A DNA stretch of 15,568 nucleotides from an uncultured Methanosarcinaceae archaeon (GTDB taxonomy: Archaea > Halobacteriota > Methanosarcinia > Methanosarcinales > Methanosarcinaceae), in contig CAWHXP010000019.1 of NCBI GenBank assembly GCA_963833425.1, positions 1-15,568 on the forward strand. Direction: 5' to 3'. The number at the start of each line of letters is the position of its first letter. Within the stretch, counting starts at the first letter, position 1. The notes below the pieces were generated by a model. It worked only from the letters and a program-made list of their open reading frames with translations. It did not search any database and was not told the DNA's origin. The translations under genes and the position numbers were made by a program. Shown here piece after piece: positions 1 through 9,514 of the stretch.

Positions 1-8
1 TCAGGCTG

Positions 9-139
9 TAGCTATCTCTTTCTTGCAGTTTATAATATTTAGTTTTTGATGCATCATTGATGAATTTGTTCTTCCTATAAAGATTTTCTACTTAATAACT
101 TACTGATGTTTGTGATTTTGTAGACAATTTGGCAAGCTA
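9..139 (-). mobile_element. Degenerate copy of ~131-bp MITE-like repeat (inverted relative to 150-280)
   Basis: Reverse complement from 139 reads TAGCTTGCCAAATTGTCTAC-AAAATCACAAACATCAGTAAGTTATT, in exact register with CAGTATACCGAAAGTCCTGT-AAAATCACAAATATCAATAAGTTATT at 150 (24/26 identity in the second block). The far end is poorly conserved. Confidence 0.5.
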
Positions 140-149
140 CTGATATCTA

Positions 150-280
150 CAGTATACCGAAAGTCCTGTAAAATCACAAATATCAATAAGTTATTGGGAA
201 AAAATTCCAAATAAGACAAATAGAATAAAAAACAGTCAACAAAAATTGGGCTATATATTTACAGCAAATTCGCGACACTA
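150..280 (+). mobile_element. ~131-bp MITE-like repeat, copy A
   Basis: Shares CTGTAAAATCACAAAT (166-181) and ATTTACAGCAAATTC (257-271) with 654-669 and 746-760. Same 131-bp length as the copy at 639-769. Imperfect terminal inverted repeats; the element begins CAG and ends CTA. Confidence 0.6.
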
Positions 281-296
281 TCCAAAGTTCTGTCAA

Positions 297-403
297 TTTG
301 AAACTTTTTACTATTCTCTGGGTTTTTGATTAATTGCAGTCAATTGCTATTAGAATTAATGGTAAGTTTTTACAATCCCAGAAGATATCAAAAAGTCTCA
401 AAA
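297..403. repeat. Imperfect ~26-bp inverted repeat flanking a ~54-bp spacer
   Basis: TTTGAAACTTTTTACTATTCTCTGGG (297-322) resembles the reverse complement of CCCAGAAGATATCAAAAAGTCTCAAAA (377-403). Confidence 0.5.
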
Positions 404-538
404 TATAATATGAAAGTATCTATAAAAAACAGTTAATGAAAAAATATATAACTTATTTAGCCCTCTACGCACCGCGTAATGGAACCTTTTGATAAACCCC
501 GATTTTTTTGCTGGTTGCTTATAATGTATAATATAGGC

Positions 539-581
539 AATTTGTTGAAATTGAAGATTTATCGAAATTCTCGATATACTG
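539..581 (-). mobile_element. Partial (left-end) inverted copy of the ~131-bp repeat
   Basis: Reverse complement CAGTATATCGAGAATTTCGATAAATCTTCAATTTCAACAAATT aligns ungapped to 150-192 (29/43 by hand count). The other end is not recognisable. Confidence 0.45.
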
Positions 582-638
582 AGAGTATTAAATTTCAGAC
601 TACGCGATTGAACTAAAAAATCAATAGCATTAAACCAA

Positions 639-769
639 CAGTTCCCTATTTTGCTGTAAAATCACAAATTTCAACGAATTCTGAGAAAGAAAACCACACA
701 TCTAAAGAATCTAATCACATCAAGTATGCAAAAATTTAACTTTGAATTTACAGCAAATTCACAGCGCTG
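639..769 (+). mobile_element. ~131-bp MITE-like repeat, copy B
   Basis: Starts CAG and ends CTG. Perfect 11-bp inverted repeat TTTGCTGTAAA (650-660) / TTTACAGCAAA (747-757). End blocks are shared with copy A. Confidence 0.6.
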
Positions 770-890
770 CAATTAAACCGTGAATGGTATGAAAAGCGAA
801 TTTAATCACAACGTCTAAAGTATATGATTTCAATCATCGAGTGCGTAAGTCTTAAAATTGCGAATACTATCTGTTTATGGAGTTTCAAAT

Positions 891-898
891 GGAGGTGA
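891..898 (+). promoter_or_regulatory. Shine-Dalgarno site for the NRAMP-related gene
   Basis: GGAGGTGA 6 nt upstream of ATG 905. Confidence 0.75.
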
Positions 899-904
899 AT
901 AATC

Positions 905-2176
905 ATGGAAGGTGCATGGTATTATTACAAATATCGCAGGTTTATAAAATGGTTAGGTTTATATTTGGCACTTGCTGGTCCAGGTATAATTGTGATGGTC
1001 GCGGACAATGATGCAGGTGGTATCACGACCTATGCTGCAACAGGTGCCAAATTCGGCTTTAACTTAGTCTGGTTTTTAATACTACTTGGCCCAGTAGCAT
1101 ATGTTGTTCAGGAGATGAATGTGCGACTAGGAGCGGTCACCAAACGAGGACATGCAGAAGCTATATTCGATGCTTTTGGCTCGTTTTGGGGCTGGTTCTC
1201 GTTAATAGATTTGGGCATTTTGGATTTCCTTACGATGGTAACTGAGTTTATAGGAATGACCGCTGCTCTAAAGATATTTGGTGTACCGCCTATATTGACG
1301 ATAATAGCTGTCTCCATCTTGATGATCACCATATTCGTTCACGGGAGATACTGGACATGGGAAAAGATAGTACTCCTTTTCTGCTTACTCAATCTAATCT
1401 ATATTCCTGCGATTCTGCTTATTCACCCCAATTATAGTGATGTCATCAAAGGTTTGATTCCAGTTATTCCTATCAGCGGGTTCACAGGTGATTTTTTCTT
1501 CTTTTTCATGGCGAATATAGGGACTACGATAGCTCCATGGATGATATTCTTCCAGCAGAGCTCAGTAGTAGATAAGGGTATGACTGAGAAAGATATTCCC
1601 TTTGGGAAATTCGATACCGCAGTTGGTGCATTCTTCACAATAGTAGTTGCAATCGCGTGCGTAATTCTCACAGGCACATTGCTCTTCAAGCCCGGTGGAG
1701 TAGATATAAAAAGTGCTGCTCAAGCTGCAATTGCGATCATGGGCAGCTATCCACTCGTTGTAGTGGCCTTGCCATAGGACTCTTCGATGCAGGACTTCTT
1801 GGAGCCATATGCATATCATTGACAAGCTCATGGGCTATGGGCGAGGTTTTGGATGGGCTCATTCTATCGACAACAAGGTTTCAGAAGCCCCTATGTTCTA
1901 TTCCTTTTATTTCCTGAGCTTGATTTTCGCTGGCTTGGTTGTAATAACCCCAGGGGCTCCGTTGGTGCTGATAACTCTTTTCGTGCAAGTGATAACTGTT
2001 ATTCTTCTTCCTGAAACTCTGGTTTTTCTGCTACTTCTGCTCAACAATGAAGAGATGATGGGGAAATATAGAATACCTTAATGCAAAATATTTGGGGTTT
2101 TTTGATTGTATTTATTATAATTATTGTCTCGACTCTTTATGCTTTAAGCGTGATCTTTCAGGAGATGTTTAAATGA
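905..2176 (+). pseudogene. NRAMP-related divalent metal (probably Mg2+) transporter with three -1 frameshifts (pseudogene or sequencing errors)
   Basis: GPGIIVMVADNDAGGITTY (TM1), QEMNVRLG and GTTIAPWMIFFQQS (TM6). The reading continues across ORFs 905, 1657 and 1809 (AIGLFDAGLLGA, FGWAHSID) and finally NTLMQNIWG...QEMFK to TGA at 2174-2176. Shifts near 1769, 1848 and 2071. Confidence 0.85.
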
Positions 2177-2443
2177 ATGCGGATACCATAGAAAACGATC
2201 AGGAGACGAGAAATATGATAGACTAGGTTGATGACACATATGAGAAGGGAAGGATCAGCTATGTGGTAAGAAGATATAAAAAGCAGTAAACAATATCAAC
2301 AAGAATCCCAGTAAGCCACAATTGAAGACGACCCCTTTGGTCAGGGTTTTGTTCATCGCTCATAGACAGTATTATTTAATATGGAAAGATTAATATTAAG
2401 TTATAAATTCTACACTATAGTGAGGTAAGCGGGAGACAGGTGC

Positions 2444-3719
2444 ATGAAAGACAATCTTACTAACAACCAACCTGAAAGCATCTTTTTTTTGAGTGAAGTG
2501 ATGAAGACAGATGTCCTCCTCAATGGCCAAAAAATAGGAAAGCTCTTAGATCTCATCGTACTTGAAAAGGATAAGGTGGCAGAGGTCACACATATTGTAG
2601 TAAGTCGATCTTTTGGTTATTCTTCATTGATGGTACCATGGAATAATGTAAGTTCATTCAGTGAAAAGGAGATAACTATAGATATTGACGAGGTAGAAAA
2701 ATTCACCTGCAAAATACCTGAAGGATTTATCCTTCTGAAAGATTTCATTTTGGATAAGAAGATTTTAGATCTAGAGGATACTGAGGTTGAGATCGTCTAC
2801 GATATCAAAATGGTTATGTCAAAAAACAGACTTTATATAACTGACGTGGATCCATTTGAAGATGCTCGCTTCCGAAAGCTAGGTCTTGATAAATTTGCTA
2901 ATTTTATTCACATGGAACGTGACAAAAGCAAGGATGTACTTATCCCATGGTCCTATGTTCAAGCTCTGCCCTCTAATATTGGAAGTTTTACTGGCGATGT
3001 TAAGTTAAAGATATTAAAGGAGAAACTGAACGATCTTCCACCTGTGGATATTGTGGAAATTTTAGAGGAATTGGATCACGAGGCAGAGACTGACCGTTAT
3101 CAATCAGCTCGAAGAAGAGCATGCGTCTGATACCTTAGAGGAAATTAATCCGAATATGCAAAGGGAGATCATCACCTCTCTGACTAAGGAAAAAGTTGCA
3201 GACTTGATTGATATGATGACGTCTGGCCAGGCAGCTGACGTCCTGTCGGTTCTGACTTTGGAGGATCAAGAAGCGATAATGGAACTGATGGATGAGGAAA
3301 ATCTCAATAAGATAAAATCTATCCTTGAGAAGCGACAGGATACGATATTCAACCTCATAACTGAGAGATATCTAAAAGCTCAGCCAGATGAAACAGTAGA
3401 GACTGTGGAGGATGCGTACCCCAAAAGAGCAAAGGGCAAAGATGAAATAATGTACATCCACGTAACAGATAAGGATAATGAGCTATTGGGTGTGATTGAT
3501 GTGAAGGAGCTTCTTCAGGCAGATAGTCAGGCACTTTTGAAGGACATCATGAATAAGAATGTCATAACCTTGGATAAAGAGAGTAGTATTGGAGAAGCCA
3601 CGAAGATGTTCTCTAGATATGGCTTCAGATCTCTTCCAGTGACAGATAATGATAATAAAATAGTTGGAGTTGTCAGTCAACGAGATATCGTAAAACTAAC
3701 ACTTCACTTCTCGGAGTGA
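2444..3719 (+). pseudogene. Soluble MgtE-like protein (PRC-barrel-like N terminus, MgtE N-terminal repeats, CBS pair), split by one +1 frameshift near 3082
   Basis: LPPVDIVEILEELDHE joins QRLTVINQLEEEHASDTLEEINPNMQREII if one G is removed. AADVLSVL repeat. CBS motifs LLGVIDVKELL and SLPVTDNDNKIVGVVS. No transmembrane domain. Confidence 0.8.
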
Positions 3720-3886
3720 AAAATGATTTTATTATAAATTACCTCCAATTAATCACTGAAGACTTACAGCAATTGATACAAATTATTTAAATTCTATTTA
3801 AGAATTAATTATTTTTCGAAAATTAATATGACCGTTTTACCATCCCTAAGTGATTTATATTACCTGTAGATTTGGGTGATTGAATT

Positions 3887-4558
3887 ATGGTTCAGAAACA
3901 ATATTTAAGGCAGTTGGATTTGCTCAAAGAATCAGTAATTTCATTTGGAAAGATGGTTGAACTTATTTTCTGCGATTCGATAGATGCATTTATAGATCTG
4001 GATATCAAAGTCGCTAAAAGAGTGCTTGTCCTTGCTGCAAAAATGAATAAATATGAGGAAGGAATTGAGGTTTCTATTTCGGATCTGCTTGCGCTTCAAC
4101 AGCCTATAGCTAGCGATCTCCGGCTAGTCACATCTGCTCTTCAAGATTTCAGCAGAGCTAAAGAGGATTAGTGAACTATCAATCAATATTGCTCAGATTC
4201 CCGGGAAAATCGAAGGTGAGCATGTAAGATATCTCATGGATATTAAAAAAATGTCAGACATTGCAACATATATGCTTGAGAATTCCCTGAAAGCTTTTGA
4301 GAATCAAGACACTGAGCTCGCAAAAGCTACGGCAGCTCGAGACGTGATATAGACCAGCTCTTTTACGTAATCTGGGTTGAATTAATAAAAATGATGGCAA
4401 AAGATGCGAGCATCATTTCCAGAACTACATATTTACTTTTTTTGATTCGGTACATTGAAAAAATTGCTGATCACTGCTGTAATATCTGTGAGAGTGTAGT
4501 TTATCTTACTACGGCTGAGCGGATCAAATTAAACGGAATATATATTGAGACTATCTGA
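3887..4558 (+). pseudogene. phoU: Phosphate signalling complex protein PhoU with two frameshifts (~4139 and ~4343)
   Basis: LLALQQPIASDLRLV, then in shifted frames KISAELKRISELSINIA and IRYIEKIADHCCNICESVVY, which are the two PhoU repeats. Stop TGA at 4556-4558. GGGTGA RBS upstream. Confidence 0.88.
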
Positions 4559-4623
4559 TGCATTGTTAGTTATTCTTGGAATTATCGTGATAGCTCTTGC
4601 TAAAAATTGAATAAAGACTTAAG

Positions 4624-5626
4624 TTGCACTTTCCATTTTATAAGCGCCATGATGAAGATTTCCAAGCCTGGCAAAAACCATTAAATGATGTTTTATCCAA
4701 CTTTGGTGCTAAGCTATTCAATCCACTCCTGGCAAATCTTCTACCTCAAATAAAAAGATTGATTCTCCTGCCTTCTAGCGGTCTATTTCTGTTGCCCTTA
4801 CATACAATTCCTCTAGCCGATGGCCAGCTTCTCTGTGAACGTTATTGCATAAGCTACGCTCCTTCCATTCAACTCTCAGAGAAATGCGAAATAAGGCTGG
4901 GACAATTGAAGAAAACGGTCTCTATGTGGTTATCAATCCTGGGGAGATCCTTCTCTAGTCTTTTCAGGATTTGAAGGCCAAGCTATATCCAATTTTTTCA
5001 GTTTTTCCCAGATAAATATTGGTAAATTTGGTACCAGAGCAACAATCTTAGATAAAGTACCTTGAAATACATGTCTCCATTTCTCTTGTCATGGCAGCTA
5101 TCACTGGAACGATCCAACCAGTCTATATTGTACTTATTTGGAGGGCGAACTCTGAGCTTAGAAGATCTTCAAAGTGATGCAGTTGATTTGTCCACATCTA
5201 GGTTGGTTACTCTCTCTGTCTGTGAAACAGGGATCACAGATATTGTAAAAGGCAGTGCTGATGAGTTTGTTGGCCTGCCTGCAGGTTTTATTCGCGGGTG
5301 TTCCCTGCGTGGTCAGCAGTCTCTGGTCAGTTCCAGATATTTCCACAGCCATATTGATGGAGCGGTTCTATTCCAACCATATTGCTAAGGGAATGGATGT
5401 TCCATTATCATTACAGGACGCTCAGCTCTGGGTCCGAGATCTTACTTCTAATCAGGTGAGAGATTATGTGGAAAAATGCTACAATTCAGGTAAATGGGAA
5501 GACAAGAGCAAGGAATTCATAGAACAATGCGGGGAACGCTACATCAAAATGGCAGAAGAATCTCCAGAAAATGAGCCTTTCCAGCATCCATATTATTGGG
5601 CAGCGTTTGCAGTTAATGGAGCATAA
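4624..5626 (+). pseudogene. CHAT (caspase-like) domain protein, C-terminal fragment with ~4 frameshifts and an in-frame TGA (5063-5065)
   Basis: CHAT motifs LILLPSSGLFLLPLH, ISYAPS, HFSCHG (5078-5095, in a frame not shown in the ORF track), LVTLSVCETG, VVSSLWSVPD, LMERFY and HPYYWAAF. No N-terminal region or credible start. Confidence 0.85.
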
Positions 5627-5644
5627 AATTAGGGATTGATTTGA

Positions 5645-5935
5645 TCGTATGCGTATGATGGAGCATTATCCTGTTCTTGTAGGTTATCCATCTCATCAAT
5701 TTTTCCTACAGCTTTTTCTCTTCAGCTAGGTTCAGGGGCATAGGTTGATGAAGAGTCTTGAGCAGATCGAAATAATAGGTGTCCACTGCTGATCGGATCA
5801 GAACTCCATAGACTTTGGCATGTGATACAGCACCTTGATAGCTAAGGCAGTTAGAGCTTTCCCTGTATAAGAGTTATGGAAGCTGCTAGAAACCCCCAAG
5901 CTTCAAGGGTTCCCAGCAGAATAAAAGTATCCGCT
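5645..5935 (-). pseudogene. 3' remnant of a hypothetical (probably membrane) protein
   Basis: Manual minus-strand translation gives a hydrophobic stretch (TFILLGTLEAWGFLAASITLI), then SYQGAVSHAKVYGVLIRSAVDTYYFDLLKTLHQPMPLNLAEEKKL*EKLMRWI. It is protein-like but interrupted by stops and a frameshift. Family not identified. Confidence 0.4.
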
Positions 5936-6361
5936 GATCAAGCTTTTCCAACTCTCCTAATATGTGTCCGTCTAATACAAGAGTTTAAAAGCCTGCATTT
6001 TCAGCTATTGTTATTATATTAGCTATGATATCATCTAAAACCGGGATTATGACTCCTGAAATTTTAAACCCGAACACCGTATTGTCAGATATTGTTCCAG
6101 CTAAGGATGCAGTTGCTGTAGAATTAGTATTGAAACAAGTTGAAGCTCTTTCAAATACGTGGACAGGTTAATAAATATTGAAATTTTAGTCAATCATGAT
6201 TTATATTAGGTAAACTCAGTTGTTGGAAGTGAGATCTAGAAGCACAGATTACTTTGAATTTTTATTAATAAGTCTGCTAACTAGGATTAAATCTCCATAA
6301 GAATTAATAGAGCAAAATATGAAATATAAGTACATTGAACATTAAGTTCATATCACTTACA

Positions 6362-6439
6362 ATGCTTGCAGAAGAAGCAGTCCATGAAGCTATTAACGAC
6401 TATCTCGGGAAAAAAGGACTTGAGCCCTGGATAGAATGA
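6362..6439 (+). pseudogene. iscU: C-terminal remnant of Fe-S scaffold IscU/NifU
   Basis: Translates MLAEEAVHEAINDYLGKKGLEPWIE*, matching the helix that follows the HCS motif at the end of IscU/NifU-N proteins. All Cys-containing upstream sequence is absent. Confidence 0.65.
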
Positions 6440-6872
6440 TTTATTATAACTATTCAGTATACCAGAAATGGCATTTTTGTGTACATCTGTTGAAAGTTGG
6501 ATGAGAAAGATTACAAAAAGAAAAATTGGAATTAACTCAAACGTGATAATCCAAATTACAGATCTAAATTAAATTAAAAATAAGATAATAAAGTTGATGG
6601 AATAATTGTGAAAAAGACTATTTTTGAAGAAAGATCTACAGAAAGTCGATTCTAGGATCTGGATATCTTTCCAAGACCTTTCACGAATAGCCTAATAAAA
6701 ATGCTTTGCTTTGGTCAAAATTTATTTTGATATATAGCTTATTATGGACCAGCCATGTGTTTTTTAGACAAACCTATGGATGCAAAAATGTTTACTTAAT
6801 TAGCATCTTCGAGTGCTATAGGTCAATCTTGGACATATTCTTTTATAATTTAAGTAATGAGGATAATTCAGT

Positions 6873-8114
6873 ATGGCACCAATGGATATGGTAATATTTT
6901 TCCTGGAGATCTCTGTGATGCTTTCCATAGCACTTTTGTGCGGTCATGTAATGAGGAGTCTTCGTTTTCCTGCGGTCCTGGGCGAGCTTTTTGGTGGCAT
7001 CATTCTCGGTCCGACAGTCTTTGGATGGTTTAGTCCAGGTACTTATCGATGGTTATTTCCAGCATCTGGTACTGTTTTTGAGGGCAGAGATGCACTAATC
7101 CAAATTTGCATTCTTTTCTTTTTATTCATTGCAGGTCTGCAAATGAACCTGAAGCTCGTTAGGAACAGCGGCATTCACATAGCATGGGCTAGCTTAATGG
7201 GCATATTGCTACCGTTTACATTTGGCTTCGGTATGGTCGTCATGTTTCCGAATATGTGGGAGGGGTATTTTAAGGGCGAAACATTTTTTTTTCGCGATGT
7301 TCATGGGAACAGCGTTGTCGATATCAGCTCTCCCGGTTATTGCTAGAACTCTCATGGACCTAGACTTGCTGAATACAGATATGGGGATGATAATTATTGG
7401 GGCAGCAACAGTAAATGATCTGGTAGGATGGTCTTTATTTGCTTTTATTCTGAGCAATTTCGCGCCTAATAGTATCATTAATATTTCTCCTTACATGATT
7501 TTCATTCTAGTGTTTTTGCTTTTTATTTTCATGCTCACTATAGGTCGGGTTCTGGCTCAGATAGCTCTTACCTGGCTCAAGTCACATATGCCCTGGCCAG
7601 GAGCCTTCCTTGGAATAACGACAATCCTTATATTGTTGACTTCAGCTTGTGCTGAAGCTATCGGGATACATGCTGTTTTTGGCGCTTTTTTGGTAGGTCT
7701 TGCATTCTCCCAGAACTTAAAGAAACTGGATGAAGCACATGAGATAGTCTATCAGTTCGTCATGTATTTTTTTGCCCCACTTTACTTTGTTTCAATTGGG
7801 CTACAGACGAATTTCGTAGCATCATTTGACCTAAACCTGGTGCTTGCAGTTCTTTTAGTTGCATGTATAGGTAAGGTGCTCGGTGTGATGCTTGGCCTAC
7901 GTGTGAGCAAGATTCCATGGAGGCAGTCTGCAGTAATAGGTTTTGCTTTGAACTCAAGAGGAGCAATGGAGATGATATTAGCTACTGTTGCCAGGAATGT
8001 GGCCTTATCAATGACCGCTTGTTTGTGGCTTTTGTTATCATGACACTGATTACGTCTATTCTAAGCGGCCTGATAATGAATAAATTAAATACTTTTGATC
8101 TTTCTATGGTTTAA
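6873..8114 (+). pseudogene. Cation:proton antiporter (CPA2, Na+/H+ exchanger family) with two frameshifts (~7290 in a T-run and ~7997)
   Basis: PAVLGELFGGIILGPTVFG, LFIAGLQM, ALSISALPVIARTL, AATVNDLVGW, GIHAVFGAFLVG, FAPLYFVSIGL and LNSRGAME, ending GLINDRLFVAFVIMTLITS to TAA at 8114. Confidence 0.85.
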
Positions 8115-8524
8115 ATATTATAAATTTCTCGATAATATATGCATATTTTTCATTTCTGATTTTAGTTTGCTTTGACTTTGGATCATCAAGGGCCTCAAAG
8201 AACATAGATGACAGCAATCTTTCACCCCAAAAGGTTGCTGTCATGGTCCGTGGGACTATAATGCTTTTCTTGCATTTAATCTACATGTAATCGGTAGAAA
8301 ATGGTACATTTCTCTAAGCTATAGAATAATCAAGTTATCAAAAACGTATACAAAAATTCTAAAATTTTCATTTTTACAGTGGAAATGAAGTGAAAATCAA
8401 ATACTGTAAACATTGTAATTTAATAAACAAAGAAGTTCAAAGGGTCTAGAGCAGATTTTACTGATAATTATGCACGTTGCCAACTAGAATAGGTCACTTA
8501 GATATTTCAGGCATTTTTTGCCGC

Positions 8525-8580
8525 AAAATGTAAGTTTTAATATTATCAATGAGTATTATGTATTGTAGCTCACAATGTGA
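8525..8580 (+). promoter_or_regulatory. Putative TATA promoter with downstream TCACAATGTGA palindrome (copy 1)
   Basis: TTTTAATA at 8535-8542 after an A-rich stretch. TCACA-A-TGTGA at 8570-8580. Same layout as at 11.7 and 12.65 kb. Confidence 0.5.
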
Positions 8581-8590
8581 CTAGCGTTAA

Positions 8591-8628
8591 AACAAGGCTG
8601 AAAGAAATACCACGCGACGAACTATAAA
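8591..8628 (+). pseudogene. Highly decayed tRNA-Cys-like 5' half
   Basis: AACAAGG-CT-GAAA-GAAATACC-ACGC-G-ACGAA-CTATAAA maps onto GCAAGGG-TT-GTGG-AAAGGCT-ACGC-A-ATGGA-CTGCAGA. It starts 10 nt after the palindrome, as the intact tRNA does. No folding potential remains. Confidence 0.35.
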
Positions 8629-8916
8629 CATTCCAAGATTCAACAAAAATACCTCCTAAGTTACTCGATCCTTGCTGGATATTCCTCACCTGAAGAACAG
8701 GTAGATAGGGTATTTCAGCTTCAGGAGAGAGTTTTCATAAATCAGTTTCTGATAAACCAGGACTCCGATTTATTGACGTATTTTTAACTTGCTTTCTACA
8801 GCATTGTTAAAATATTTCAATTTAAAAATCTGATGAAAAGTTGCTGTTATGCTTACAACGTTTCTGTTTTCCTTGTTTCATTGATGCATAGGTTTGTAAA
8901 GTAAAACATATGTATA

Positions 8917-8946
8917 TTCTCAATGTCAATTTTCTCAATGTCAATT
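8917..8946 (+). repeat. 15-bp tandem duplication
   Basis: TTCTCAATGTCAATT twice, exact. Confidence 0.85.
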
Positions 8947-9472
8947 TTTCAGAGAATTTCGATAAATTCCTACCATTTGAATATTGAAGCGTCTAAATCT
9001 CTTGACAACAATTTTTACTTATGAAAACACTTACTGATTTTATTCTTAAAGAATAACGTAAACGTTTTCAGTTAGTTGGGAACAAACTTCCTTAAATTGA
9101 TCCCTAAATTGATTGTAAATCTTTTCATATCATTTTTAAGTCCATATGTTTTAACAAAACAGTTTAAGGTCTGCCTCAGAGATTGTTTTATTAAAATATG
9201 TACACTCAAAAATTATACGAAAATATCTTTTATAGTTATGGCGAATTTCGATAAGACCCTATATTTCGTTAATATTATTCGAAGTAGGTAATAGGTGACA
9301 ACTAATGCGATTATAGACTTTCTTGCAAGCCTTCTCAGAGTATGATTGTTGTTCTAAATCTGGCATCGGTATTCTAACTCTGGCATGATTATCTGAATTT
9401 ACCTGAGTCATTCCATATATTGCCGGATATGTTATGTTTTTGGGTTTTTAAGGGACAAAAATTCATTTATCT

Positions 9473-9486
9473 GAAAGTTTTTAAAT
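9473..9486 (+). promoter_or_regulatory. Putative BRE/TATA promoter of thiI
   Basis: GAAAG-TTTTTAAAT about 30 nt upstream of ATG 9515. There is no SD site, consistent with a short or absent leader. Confidence 0.4.
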
Positions 9487-9514
9487 CTCATGTCACCTGT
9501 ACTACTGATTATCC

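Noticed and set aside
1..770. CRISPR array
   Set aside because: The repeats are long, diverged, in mixed orientation and irregularly spaced. There are no cas genes in the window.
770..904. M-box (Mg2+) riboswitch upstream of the NRAMP-related gene
   Set aside because: The region is short and AT-rich, with no recognisable M-box helices or terminator.
2324..2356. GAAGACGACCCCTTTGGTCAGGGTTTTGTTCAT, resembling an IS200/IS605-type end hairpin or a terminator
   Set aside because: The stem is imperfect and no tnpA/tnpB remnant is recognisable nearby. Too weak to call.
6025..6171. 48-codon ORF MISSKTGIMTPEILNP...NTWTG
   Set aside because: No RBS or recognisable family, and the opposite strand is similarly open. 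It cannot be distinguished from chance or gene debris.
905..8114. Pyrrolysine or selenocysteine read-through, or programmed frameshifting, as an explanation of the broken genes
   Set aside because: Most breaks are frame changes in both directions at unrelated contexts. Amber read-through does not restore phoU, and the single in-frame TGA is in an already truncated, frameshifted CHAT gene.
6706..9291. Intergenic ORFs 6706-6894 and 9076-9291
   Set aside because: TTG starts, no RBS, AT-rich low-complexity translation and no recognisable motif.
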